Virus record (IMG/VR): IMGVR_UViG_3300025892_000008
Length of the DNA stretch: 64,000 bases
From: a virus
Taxonomy: Duplodnaviria; Caudoviricetes
Reading direction: 5' to 3' (one strand)
The notes under the pieces: generated by a model
Database searches by the model: none
What the model saw: the letters and a program-made list of their open reading frames with translations, nothing else
Told to the model about the DNA's origin: nothing
Program-made: the position numbers and the translations under genes
Shown: positions 20,501-27,513 of the stretch, in pieces
Layout: every line of letters begins with the position of its first letter
How positions within the stretch are numbered: the stretch's first letter is position 1

Positions 20501-21311
20501 TTCCGTTAGCATAAGTTAATTTCTTTTCGTATGGACCAATATCGTCGTTAGATTCAAGTAAAATTTCTTCTGCTTTTTTACATGCTGCTTCAAGTGTTCT
20601 GTAGGCATAAGCAAGTGCTCTACCTTGTAAGGCATCTGAAACTCCTGTTCTAACATCAGAACCTGATGTTGCAACATATAAGTTTACACTCGATCCAAAA
20701 GATGATCCGTCAACATATGATTTAGTCGCAGCAATTAATCCATCGTATCTAGCATCGTCATCCGGTTCAGGAGAACGTGAAAGAATCAACGGCCCACTCA
20801 TAGTTCCAAAAGAAATATTTGTTGCGCCTGTAGCAGGATCTATTGCGTCAACACCAGCCTTTGAAATCTTTGAATCAACGTAGCCTTTGTTTGCTGCTTC
20901 ATCATCTGAAACAGGAGTAGCCATATCTTTAATACGGTATGTGTTACCACCTGAAGCAACAGATAAGTTACCACCAAGTTGTGGTGACGTATCACCTGAT
21001 ATTTCAGAAAACTCTGTGCTTACAATAATTTGGTTACTATTACTAGTAGTATCAACTGCTACACCAGTTCCGCCTGTAATCTGTTTAAATTGTAGTCCGT
21101 CTGTAGTATTATTAACAGAAACAACTGCTGCTTCTTGCCCAACGAAATTGGATGGTGTATCATCAAGTCCTAAGAAAGTTAATTTTTCTCCTAAACCTAA
21201 TGAACTGTATAATTCTCTAAAGTTATCGTTTACTTTACTAAACGAATCGCGGATACTATCGCCAGTTCCGTCGTTACCTACTACACCGGTATCTATTACT
21301 TTTCTTGCCAT
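14556..21311 (-). CDS. Very large tail fibre/spike-like structural protein (2251 aa) with C-terminal autoproteolytic chaperone-like domain
   Basis: N-terminal GNDGTGDSIRDSFSKVNDNF; four HG(L/F)..G......TG.LPTG......Y(Y/F)V repeats; C-terminal ADVAEYY...GTVLVFGG...VALVGRVPCKVVG...GD.LV...GTIVGKA (peptidase G2/IMC-like). Confidence 0.75.
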   Translation of the reverse strand: MARKVIDTGVVGNDGTGDSIRDSFSKVNDNFRELYSSLGLGEKLTFLGLDDTPSNFVGQEAAVVSVNNTTDGLQFKQITGGTGVAVDTTSNSNQIIVSTEFSEISGDTSPQLGGNLSVASGGNTYRIKDMATPVSDDEAANKGYVDSKISKAGVDAIDPATGATNISFGTMSGPLILSRSPEPDDDARYDGLIAATKSYVDGSSFGSSVNLYVATSGSDVRTGVSDALQGRALAYAYRTLEAACKKAEEILLESNDDIGPYEKKLTYANGTKSVELATIGTSPTSGTGFVGSPRLSVDTITLNAVGTNYQAGDIITLAGGTGGAAKYEVLTTASSPGGVVTFKQLSSGNYTALPGSTGVTTTSDSAFGSGATFNVTYKVNNVTISNGGSGHSLVSVRITGGGGVGAFGEATVVGGVITAIEVTDSGSGFTSIPTVAADLPRFLLKTEGQRTDYTGDVLTDTEVAFRTRDIREGLFIKGLTSGAQAQILAHEGALDSSGNEIFDVDIKFGNFQIGEELSYGDISNQTQITILLESGVYEENYPIKVPQNVAIVGNEFRRCIIKPRAGTSSSPWAFQRFRRDTTIDGLTTASDLYGYHYLEDTTQPVYPRINNGGGYKASAALIKLNRTFLQEEIAAWINYQITNNIAPYTSSFTYSEALCKRDVGLILDAMIFDLKYGEYNRTISAGLKYYQNASGRLAITTQLSETLASLTYLETILDKIIANDPITTVYNTGFLQITDAAFVKETGTEGVLEELFDALEDVIDGSGSVNYPKDNDKLDVFLCNDAVILRAMTMQGHGGFAMTLDPTGQILAKSPYAQECASFSKSINAQTFAGGMFVDGFAGNLQFLHASSTSTTRINVAGLDRFPELPASFIVGDDIFKVNYVRDYVYGASGSTATLVLDETTPFSLTPGAQTLTSITQADPAVFTKTDHGLQAGATIVFSTTGTLPTGIVAGKEYYVSETGLTGNTFRITSQFLGSVQIATTSAGSGTHSYQRKYEILMPGNRSMLSNDFTQISDMGYGLLATNGGLTEAVSMFTYYCYASYMSLNGAQIRSIGGSSAHGIYALVADGSDPLEVPTPTTLYYDVAQRVDCYFPSASFQNVTGGLVVYVNNYDYTPLNNSELEVDHGNLIFRYPVTSVSTTDLPTGVAKLNLTSDTTGNFDGLFAAISDGTKLSLRSNSQIVLTGELADVATRPSTGLRFAESPTDVYRVLQFEDFNDSTAGRGAFDVEFTVANPTVLTFTITVTDIASNNTLTTDRNHGLRRGDTFVPKTTANGLTASTTYYVFDVPTYNTIQLTTSLGGTLLGGLTNGSGLSLVNVIAHKQLADYRLTFASTGTLPTGITAGITYFVLETNLTSTTFEIGTSKTSAALEVTGAGSGDITAIADGITKTTLRENYDYIDLTVYQPSESVGTTGANPVVPGAFTGLTSISVAAPAVFTTASPHGFAVGDVIRLKTTGSLPTGLNESLHYFVSNNNKDSLGASSVQFTVTTTPPALASSVEVDTSGTQSGTQTFAKVLGRAGDSTISVVPVAPQERARVANSRFVFKGEEYIVSQYESEDDLNDNYARITLNRPLEDSIIEFEGSYTIRSAVPTRSLNSYGNLTIRISLTRVTGHDLLEIGSGSYADTNYPNEIYGPAVNALNADNETQERTVGRVFYVTTDQFGNFNVGPFFKVDQGTGRVTFSAAIALSNLDGIGFKRGVPVSEFSTDSSFSDNAVDTVPTENAARLYIERRLGISHSGAKVIDANLIPSVTGGFMDLSGQQAMKANMDLNQNKIVNIANPVNPQDAMNLRSFTFDNLQNFTFTDLAANQLLVFTGNDRDAVNVTVVGDISLDIDSTANSIDAQLNPNVILDADVNATADIAQSKLLMQLAGTDVNAPTGTAAVKQARSGLASFSSTEFTVTDGWVQLKDNGTPKSALAQVAAQSVLGNDALTPGDVADIPFTTIVDAGGSVKKSQFGSVGLLARTNASSGTSDSDYGIIDYAAGDSSTVEAGKLIIRDSNGDFGGRIIDVAQYNIDGFEAVDSGTSGSGGFIRLHTFGGTGGGGGGGIFLQDGTLASDKSNFYDNDNHTFRTQNGLANAPIIASSIQVSSLTTGGNTTAGTITGRWSLTGSSPNESRLEATYSADVAEYYEGDKEYEVGTVLVFGGDKEVTTSNTGTDKRIAGVVSNTAAYVMYTACPGHKNLVALVGRVPCKVVGKIKKGDILVTAGIHGVATVSEDPKVGTIVGKAIEDYDSDHIGTIEIAVGRS

Positions 21312-21342
21312 CTTATCCCCTAGAAGTCCTTTGTTTCAATAA

Positions 21343-21394
21343 TATTTATCAATTTATTCTGTAAGCCTAATGTAAAATAGTAAATATAACTATG
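21343..21394. promoter_or_regulatory. Back-to-back TAAATA phage promoters for the large fibre gene (-) and a Zn-finger-like gene (+)
   Basis: TATTTA at 21343-21348; TAAATA at 21381-21386 followed by N5-ATG at 21392. Confidence 0.65.
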
Positions 21395-21679
21395 TTTATA
21401 GGCACCAAAAAAGTTATAACAGAACACAAAAGGAAGAGCAAGTTAGGTAGAGAACACGTTTATAACCGTATTAAAACTATCGTTGAACTCCGATGTGATA
21501 ACTGTGACAGTGTATTTACCAGGGATTTAAAAAAGATAAGCAAAGCCCGGCTAAGCAATAATTACTTTCACGTTTGTGGAGATTGTGATGCCAAGCGTTT
21601 TGCACAACGCAAAGGCGTAGAGCAAAAACAAATGTGGGATATGCCTGCTGATGCAAACATTGTAATTGGGAATAACTAA
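21392..21679 (+). CDS. Small basic protein with two CxxC pairs (Zn-binding)
   Basis: RCDNC...VCGDC; TAAATA-N5-ATG start. Confidence 0.7.
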   Translation: MFIGTKKVITEHKRKSKLGREHVYNRIKTIVELRCDNCDSVFTRDLKKISKARLSNNYFHVCGDCDAKRFAQRKGVEQKQMWDMPADANIVIGNN

Positions 21680-22002
21680 AACCCTACGCTTTCGCCGCAG
21701 CCACAACTTGATGTTGAGTTAGGATTTTTAATTGTGAGATGGGAACCGAACACTTCTTCAACATAATCTATTTCAGTACCTATAAGATATAGTAAACTTG
21801 AACTATCAATAGCAAATTCACCACTTGGAAGTTTTATAATTTCGTCATCTAATTCTTTAGAATCACTCATCTGCCAATCGTATGAAAATCCGGCACAGCC
21901 ACCGCCCTTCATTTGAAGTCGGACAATAGGCTTGCCGGTCTTTTCAATTAAGCCTTCCATATGCTTAATTGCAGAATCTGTGATGTTAACTGCGTCTGGC
22001 AT
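21676..22002 (-). CDS. iscA: HesB/IscA-family Fe-S cluster carrier
   Basis: ITDSA, GGGCAGFSY, GTEIDYVEE.FGS...I.NPN..SSCGCGESV. Confidence 0.93.
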   Translation of the reverse strand: MPDAVNITDSAIKHMEGLIEKTGKPIVRLQMKGGGCAGFSYDWQMSDSKELDDEIIKLPSGEFAIDSSSLLYLIGTEIDYVEEVFGSHLTIKNPNSTSSCGCGESVGF

Positions 22003-22006
22003 CTAA

Positions 22007-22180
22007 CTATTCACTTTTCCAAATAGTCCAAGCACCATATGCAATAGCAGCATATGCTAATAAGCCGGCTAAAGGTTTTGCAATTAATACTATAATACCA
22101 AATGCAATTAAGACTGCTCCATCCCAAGATGTTCTTTCTTGAAATGATTTGCTTACCCAACTTTTAAATGTATCTAACAT
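22007..22180 (-). CDS. Small two-TM membrane protein, 57 aa (missing from the ORF track)
   Basis: MLDTFKSWVSKSFQERTSWDGAVLIAFGIIVLIAKPLAGLLAYAAIAYGAWTIWKSE; SD upstream. Confidence 0.75.
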   Translation of the reverse strand: MLDTFKSWVSKSFQERTSWDGAVLIAFGIIVLIAKPLAGLLAYAAIAYGAWTIWKSE

Positions 22181-22197
22181 GTTATTGTTTCCTTATT

Positions 22198-22419
22198 TTA
22201 TTTTTTAGGTTTAACTATTTTCCATAGTTGATCAACTAGTTTAGTTTTAGTTAATCTACGGTCTAACTCAACATCATAAGCACGACCTAGTTCTTCTAGT
22301 TGTACTTTTGACATCTTTGTTAGTTCCGATTTCTTTCCGATTACTTGCTTTTTTAACACTAGAACTTCTTCTTTAGTGTCTACAGCAGGTACGAAAATCT
22401 TTTTAAGCCACTTTAGCAT
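22198..22419 (-). CDS. Small basic protein, possible Rho-N/HeH-like nucleic-acid-binding domain
   Basis: ELTKMSKVQLEELGRAYDVELDRRLTKTKLVDQL pattern. Confidence 0.5.
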   Translation of the reverse strand: MLKWLKKIFVPAVDTKEEVLVLKKQVIGKKSELTKMSKVQLEELGRAYDVELDRRLTKTKLVDQLWKIVKPKK

Positions 22420-22422
22420 AAA

Positions 22423-22980
22423 TTATTCTCCTTGTATTCTATCGTTCACGATTGGCCAGTTTATGATACGCCAAATGTTCTCAAGATATTTGTCTTTAGT
22501 TGAGTCGAGCAAATAAGAGTGTTCCCACATATCAACAAGAAAAGCAATCTGTGTTCCTTTCTTGAAATCTTGATTAGCAATTAATCCTAACTTGCCTTTG
22601 ACATCCATATAACACCATCCACTGCCCTGAAGGCTCTTGGCTTTTTCTATGAATTCATTTTTAAATTTTTCGTAAGATCCAAACTTAGTGTTAATAAGTT
22701 CTTCAGATGCTCCTAAGGGCTTATTCCCTGAACTTGGTGATTGTAACATAGGCCAAAACAAATTATGTAAATGAGCACCACCAAAGTTAAAAGTGTCATC
22801 ACCTTCTTTGTTGTTGTATCGATCTACATATCCTTTAGACAACTTAGCATAGTGTAAATCTATACTTTCTTTGCTCATCACAGGTTCTAATGCATCACGC
22901 GAATACGGTAATGGATTTAAAACCAATGTAGGACGTTGCTTTTCAGCCTCTATTATGATATCTTTAAGTTCTTTTAGCAT
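22423..22980 (-). CDS. sod: Fe/Mn superoxide dismutase
   Basis: LPYSRDALEP, LHY (His ligand), GGAHLHNLFW, GSGW, DMWEHSY. Confidence 0.92.
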   Translation of the reverse strand: MLKELKDIIIEAEKQRPTLVLNPLPYSRDALEPVMSKESIDLHYAKLSKGYVDRYNNKEGDDTFNFGGAHLHNLFWPMLQSPSSGNKPLGASEELINTKFGSYEKFKNEFIEKAKSLQGSGWCYMDVKGKLGLIANQDFKKGTQIAFLVDMWEHSYLLDSTKDKYLENIWRIINWPIVNDRIQGE

Positions 22981-22994
22981 CTAACATATTTATG

Positions 22995-24035
22995 CTAGAC
23001 TTCCTCGAAGAGAACAGAATGCTGGTGTAATGCAATACTTGCCAAATTCTTAGCCTTGCTTTCTACCATAATGTCTGCAGAGTCGTTAAACTGTAGAGCC
23101 CAGTCATTAACAGCATGATTCCACATCATATCGCTATGAGCTCGTAGTTTTTGTTTCTTAAAGCCTTGTTCAAGTAGTTCGTTCATGTTAGGTAATACGT
23201 TAGGATCATGTCCTACAAGTAAGTCTTCACGTGAAACACTGTAATGAATAACAGGACGTACACCACGCCAACTGTCAACTATGCGTAGAAATCTATCGTC
23301 GGTTGGTTGAATGTATTCACCACTAGCGACCCAGTGATGGTGTATGTCAAGAACGAGGGCAAGGTCGTTTGCAAGTTCGAGGCTTGCATCAATACCCCAC
23401 GACATTTCGTCGTTCTCGATCGTAATAATATTTCGCGCCTCTTGAGATAATCTTGGGAGAGCTCGTTGGATACCGGCTGGACCTTGCCTACCGGATATGT
23501 GTACATTGCACTTCGCATCTTGGAAGGACTTGCCGTATCCCATCCAGCGGAAGACATCGGTGTGATATTCAAATTCTTCTATGCTCCTTTCTACAATATT
23601 AGGATTATCTGACGCAAGTACAGTGAACTGACCAGGATGCATAGACACCCTAACATCAAGTTCACGAGCTTTTGCGCCGACGTTAGCGAAGTTGGTCTCG
23701 CAATATTTTCGTACATCAGGCTTGCGCCAGAAGTAAGACCAATCAGACTGAGTATAAACAGGCAGGACGTCACTTCCCAACCTAACCATTCGTAATTCAT
23801 TTGGTAGTCCTCCTACATAACAAATAAGATTCATATACGATTGTATGTTATGGACCATAATATCCCACAATCGTTCTTCTGCAACTTCTTTAGTCTGTCT
23901 GTTTAGCCACGCAACAGTTGTTGAACGTGTATTAAAGGGACGCTGTATCTCCTCAAGAAGTTTTTTCTTCTGAGTTTGATCAGTGTACATGTATTTGCAG
24001 GCAAAGCCTATGCGTTTATATTGAGAATTCGTCAC
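22995..24035 (-). CDS. uvsE: UV damage repair endonuclease
   Basis: RIGFACKY, RLGSD, RVSMHPGQF.VL.S, NVHISG, ITIENDE, VLDIHHHW, HYS, RAHSD, DIMVESKAK. Confidence 0.93.
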   Translation of the reverse strand: MTNSQYKRIGFACKYMYTDQTQKKKLLEEIQRPFNTRSTTVAWLNRQTKEVAEERLWDIMVHNIQSYMNLICYVGGLPNELRMVRLGSDVLPVYTQSDWSYFWRKPDVRKYCETNFANVGAKARELDVRVSMHPGQFTVLASDNPNIVERSIEEFEYHTDVFRWMGYGKSFQDAKCNVHISGRQGPAGIQRALPRLSQEARNIITIENDEMSWGIDASLELANDLALVLDIHHHWVASGEYIQPTDDRFLRIVDSWRGVRPVIHYSVSREDLLVGHDPNVLPNMNELLEQGFKKQKLRAHSDMMWNHAVNDWALQFNDSADIMVESKAKNLASIALHQHSVLFEEV

Positions 24036-24735
24036 GTAATATTTTCCAAGTTTCTTTATAATCTTTTACATTATAGCAGAAACCTAAGTCGTTGTCAATG
24101 ATTTCTTTTTTCAAAGGATAATCATTTCCTTCAGGATGCATATCGTCACCGAAGAAATGCAAAATATCATTTGGATTAAAATCTTTTAGTATTTGGCCTT
24201 TATCACAGCCTTTTGGAAATATATCAATACCTGTTTCACCACCTACTTTGGCATCTATATCTGGGAATAAAGTACAAAATGCTTTTGCTATTGTGTTTCT
24301 TTCATTTATTTTTTCATCATGACCAACATATAACTTACGCTCTCCTAGTGTAGCATTTCTACCTACAACGCTAAAGTTACACATGCCTGGACGATGTTCA
24401 AAGTGTAATCCTGTTCTTAGTACAAATTCACTTTCTTTCATACACTGCGTTAGGAATTTTTCTGCTAGTTCTGGAAGTTTCCAAGAACTTGTGTGAATAT
24501 TTTTCTTGCCTTGATAGACATCACATCCACTGCAATTATATACACGTTCAGCCATACCATACAGCGTGTCGCCTACTTGTTCAACTGTTTTATCTCTATC
24601 ACTACCTGTAACAAAGTAAACGTAATTAGTTTTACAAAAATGTAAAAAGAACTTTGCAAACTCTTTGTCTATTTGTTTCCTACTAGGGGTAAGTGTCCCG
24701 TCAACATCAAATATAAATCTATTACTCACTGTCAT
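24016..24735 (-). CDS. HAD-IIB phosphomannomutase-like sugar phosphomutase/phosphatase
   Basis: FIFDVDGTLTPSR, VTGSD, EHRPGM.NFSVVGRNA, VGGETGIDIFP.G.DK, FFGD...P.GNDY; ATGA overlap at 24732-24735. Confidence 0.8.
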   Translation of the reverse strand: MTVSNRFIFDVDGTLTPSRKQIDKEFAKFFLHFCKTNYVYFVTGSDRDKTVEQVGDTLYGMAERVYNCSGCDVYQGKKNIHTSSWKLPELAEKFLTQCMKESEFVLRTGLHFEHRPGMCNFSVVGRNATLGERKLYVGHDEKINERNTIAKAFCTLFPDIDAKVGGETGIDIFPKGCDKGQILKDFNPNDILHFFGDDMHPEGNDYPLKKEIIDNDLGFCYNVKDYKETWKILRDEFSI

Positions 24736-25550
24736 ACCCAATTCTCCACAACAAATTTATCTTGTACAATACCAGGGTTTGGATCCCCATGAAATACTGC
24801 TATACAGCATTCTAGTGGTATTTCTACATCATCTTTCTGTTCTACAAATTGTCTAACTCCATTTATCACTTGTAACTCATTTCTATTTCTAATTTCCCAT
24901 TTGTAACTTTGTATCCAATGCTCTGGCCAAAACCTAATAATAGGTTTAGCACACTTCCACGTCCAATCTTGGTCACCATGTAACCTCATTGCAACTTGTG
25001 GGTTTTGTTTAAATTTTGTATAGATATACGCTTGGCTTCCATGAATCCAACTCATAACACTACTGTTTAGGTATTTCCAATCTCTATGAAATTTTCTGTT
25101 AAAGTCTCTTATTCCCATAAAGACATTGCCTTGTAAGTTTAGCAGTTTATCTATGTTATCACAAATTACAACATCTAGATCCATATATAATATTCTACCG
25201 GACACTGGTAAATCAGCATCAAACATATGTACTTTGTGCCACCATCCTTTTGCATATCCTTCATTTGGTCGGACAATAAGTGAAACTCCTTTTATAGGAG
25301 TAGGATCATCTGTAAGGCAATACAATTTATAAGGAACAGTAGTATGTCTATCAATCATATTTCTTAGTTTTTCTACATAAGAAATAGAATACTTGTTACC
25401 AAAGCGTACACATAGTATATTAGAAATTGAAGGCTGTAAGTCTCCTCCTGTTCTTTTAAGATCTCGCGATTGTTCTTTTTCAAATTTTCTACGTAATTTA
25501 TATGCTTTACGCTGTTCTTTTGTGTATTGTGATTTGTCTAGTTTTGCCAT
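24732..25550 (-). CDS. GT-A fold glycosyltransferase (GT8-like)
   Basis: GWWHKVHMF, ILYMDLDVVI (DxD), NSSVM, GDQDW, AVFHGDPNP. Confidence 0.8.
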   Translation of the reverse strand: MAKLDKSQYTKEQRKAYKLRRKFEKEQSRDLKRTGGDLQPSISNILCVRFGNKYSISYVEKLRNMIDRHTTVPYKLYCLTDDPTPIKGVSLIVRPNEGYAKGWWHKVHMFDADLPVSGRILYMDLDVVICDNIDKLLNLQGNVFMGIRDFNRKFHRDWKYLNSSVMSWIHGSQAYIYTKFKQNPQVAMRLHGDQDWTWKCAKPIIRFWPEHWIQSYKWEIRNRNELQVINGVRQFVEQKDDVEIPLECCIAVFHGDPNPGIVQDKFVVENWV

Positions 25551-26209
25551 CTATCAATATCCTCTGGAGTGTTTATTTCTACTCCATTAAAATCAGCATG
25601 TAGGCATCCTATATCCCAACCTGCTTTAAGCCAGCGTAATTGCTCTAACTTCTCAACTTGTTCTTCTTGTTCAACATCGTATGAACTATAAAATTCTAAT
25701 ACACTACGACTATATCCGTATATACCTAAATGCCAGTCACCATAACCTGTAATACCTCTACCGAACCATAATGCCTTATCGCCTGTTCGGATCATCTTAA
25801 CACTGTTAGGATCGTCTTGCATTTCTTTGGGCATGTCTGTCCACAATGTAGTTATTTGATAATGCTGTAAATGCCAAACACATTTCTCAATCATGTCAAC
25901 TGTTACGTCGGGCATATCACCTTGCACATTTATGAATTGATCATACTGTGCAAAGAAGTCGTTTTTAATAGCACCAGCACATCGTTCTGTACCGTTTGCA
26001 TAATCAATTTGTTCTATCCAACACTTATCAGGACCAAACAAATTAAAAATACGCATATCGTCAGTAAGCACATATGTTGGTATATTAGACGCTGTACAAG
26101 CGTCATACACTCGCTTTATCATAGGAACACCATTAAGCATAGCAAGTGGTTTACCAGGGAAGCGTGTACTAGCGTATCTAGCCGGTATAAGAATAGCGGT
26201 GGATTTCAT
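25538..26209 (-). CDS. kdsB: CMP-Kdo synthetase (3-deoxy-manno-octulosonate cytidylyltransferase)
   Basis: ILIPARYASTRFPGKPLA, GTERC, INVQGDMP, HLGIYGY, EKLEQLRWL. Confidence 0.92.
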   Translation of the reverse strand: MKSTAILIPARYASTRFPGKPLAMLNGVPMIKRVYDACTASNIPTYVLTDDMRIFNLFGPDKCWIEQIDYANGTERCAGAIKNDFFAQYDQFINVQGDMPDVTVDMIEKCVWHLQHYQITTLWTDMPKEMQDDPNSVKMIRTGDKALWFGRGITGYGDWHLGIYGYSRSVLEFYSSYDVEQEEQVEKLEQLRWLKAGWDIGCLHADFNGVEINTPEDIDRWQN

Positions 26210-26966
26210 CTACTACCTTTTTAAAGTCTTTTAAATGTAATGCGTTTGGACCATCACTAGGTGCATTATCTGGATCATGATGAACTTCTAAAAAGAAGTT
26301 TGTTATACCCATTGCAGATGCAGCACGAGCCAAGCCAGGCACATACTCACGATTACCGCCACTGCTAGTGCCCATACCTCCGGGTTTTTGAACCGAGTGC
26401 GTAATGTCATAAACAATGGGAACGTTATAATTAGACAGCATAAACTGAAGGCCAGTGAAATCAGTGACCAAAGTATTATATCCAAAACTTGTTCCCCTTT
26501 CTGTAATCCAAACTTCTTTAGCACCTTCCGTTTTAGATAAAATGTTTTCAATGTCCCAAGGTGCAAGGAACTGTCCTTTTTTAATGTTTACAATCTTGTT
26601 TGTTTTACAGGCTGCACGTACTAAGTCAGTTTGTCTACACAAGAATGCAGGTATCTGTAACACATCGATTATATCATCATAGTACGCACCAATTTTTAGA
26701 ATCTCATTGATGTTATGTACATCTGTAATAATTTTTAGACTAGGTATAATCTGCTTAAGACTTTTAAAGTCTTGCATAGTGTCCGCTAATCCCCGGCCTC
26801 TAATGCCGTGAATACTCGACCTATTCGCCTTATCGTAACTTGCTTTAAAAATGTATTCGATACCGTGTTTATCACAAACACGTTTACATTCTTTTGCAAT
26901 AGCGAGACTTTGTTCTTTTGTTTCGTGTTGACAAGGTCCTGCAATTATTCTAATATTATGCTTCAT
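26178..26966 (-). CDS. kdsA: Kdo-8-phosphate synthase
   Basis: IAGPC, FKASYDKANRSS, QIPAFLCRQTDL, KKGQFLAP, TERGTSFGY, DITHSVQ, SDGPN; start taken at MKHNI. Confidence 0.95.
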   Translation of the reverse strand: MKHNIRIIAGPCQHETKEQSLAIAKECKRVCDKHGIEYIFKASYDKANRSSIHGIRGRGLADTMQDFKSLKQIIPSLKIITDVHNINEILKIGAYYDDIIDVLQIPAFLCRQTDLVRAACKTNKIVNIKKGQFLAPWDIENILSKTEGAKEVWITERGTSFGYNTLVTDFTGLQFMLSNYNVPIVYDITHSVQKPGGMGTSSGGNREYVPGLARAASAMGITNFFLEVHHDPDNAPSDGPNALHLKDFKKVVDEIHRYSYTG

Positions 26967-27405
26967 AGATTGCACTATTTGCTCCGTGTTCTGCACACTC
27001 TACTCTTACGCAGTAGCAACGGTTGTCACTCATTTCACGTACTAGTTTGTCTGCAAAGTTAAAAGCGTGTTCTGCAAATTTTTCTGCACCAACACCATCC
27101 ATTACAACAATTTCTGCTAGGTCAAGTTCTTGTAGTTCCATAAACTTGTCCATGTGTGGATCGTTTTTATCAATTGCTGTTTTGTGATCAAAGTGATCTT
27201 CTAGCCATTTCTTCAAAGGCTTTAGTCCACCAAAGTCAACTGCCCAGTTTTTGTTGTCTAATTCATTACAACCAAATGTAAATGTAAATGCTAAACTATA
27301 ACCGTGTAGCAAATGACAGTGTGAATGATCTGCGTTAGGCTGTCTGAATACTGCCGAAAGACCAATGTTGTGTCCGTAATGTTTTGTACTTAAATGTTTT
27401 CCCAT
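26956..27405 (-). CDS. queD: 6-carboxy-5,6,7,8-tetrahydropterin synthase (PTPS family)
   Basis: HSHCHLLHGY, VDFGGLK..K.WLED.FDH, GAEKFAE, VECAEHGANSAIY. Confidence 0.9.
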   Translation of the reverse strand: MGKHLSTKHYGHNIGLSAVFRQPNADHSHCHLLHGYSLAFTFTFGCNELDNKNWAVDFGGLKPLKKWLEDHFDHKTAIDKNDPHMDKFMELQELDLAEIVVMDGVGAEKFAEHAFNFADKLVREMSDNRCYCVRVECAEHGANSAIYEA

Positions 27406-27430
27406 AATGTTCTCCTACTATAATGTTTTA

Positions 27431-27468
27431 TGGGCGGCAGAATTAGAAGGGATGACGCCAAGTCCTTT
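27431..27468 (-). ncRNA. Candidate riboswitch-like pseudoknot in the queD 5' UTR
   Basis: RNA AAAGGACUUGGCGUCAUCCCUUCUAAUUCUGCCGCCCA: AAGG/CCUU stem, loop GGCG pairs with downstream CGCC; GC-rich patch between the promoter and the SD. Confidence 0.45.
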
Positions 27469-27484
27469 GTTAAACATACTAGTA

Positions 27485-27513
27485 ATTATACGTTCTATTT
27501 AGGCAAGAGTCAA
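27485..27513 (-). promoter_or_regulatory. sigma70 promoter for the queD-kdsA-kdsB-GT-PMM-uvsE operon
   Basis: TTGACT(27513-27508)-17 nt-TATAAT(27490-27485); a TAAATA also lies in the spacer. Confidence 0.8.

Noticed and set aside
27405-27510. tRNA, or an exact match to a known preQ1-I/II/III or ZTP riboswitch
   Set aside because: No cloverleaf, and the consensus differs (no A-rich L3, no ZTP P1/P2); kept only as an unassigned candidate.
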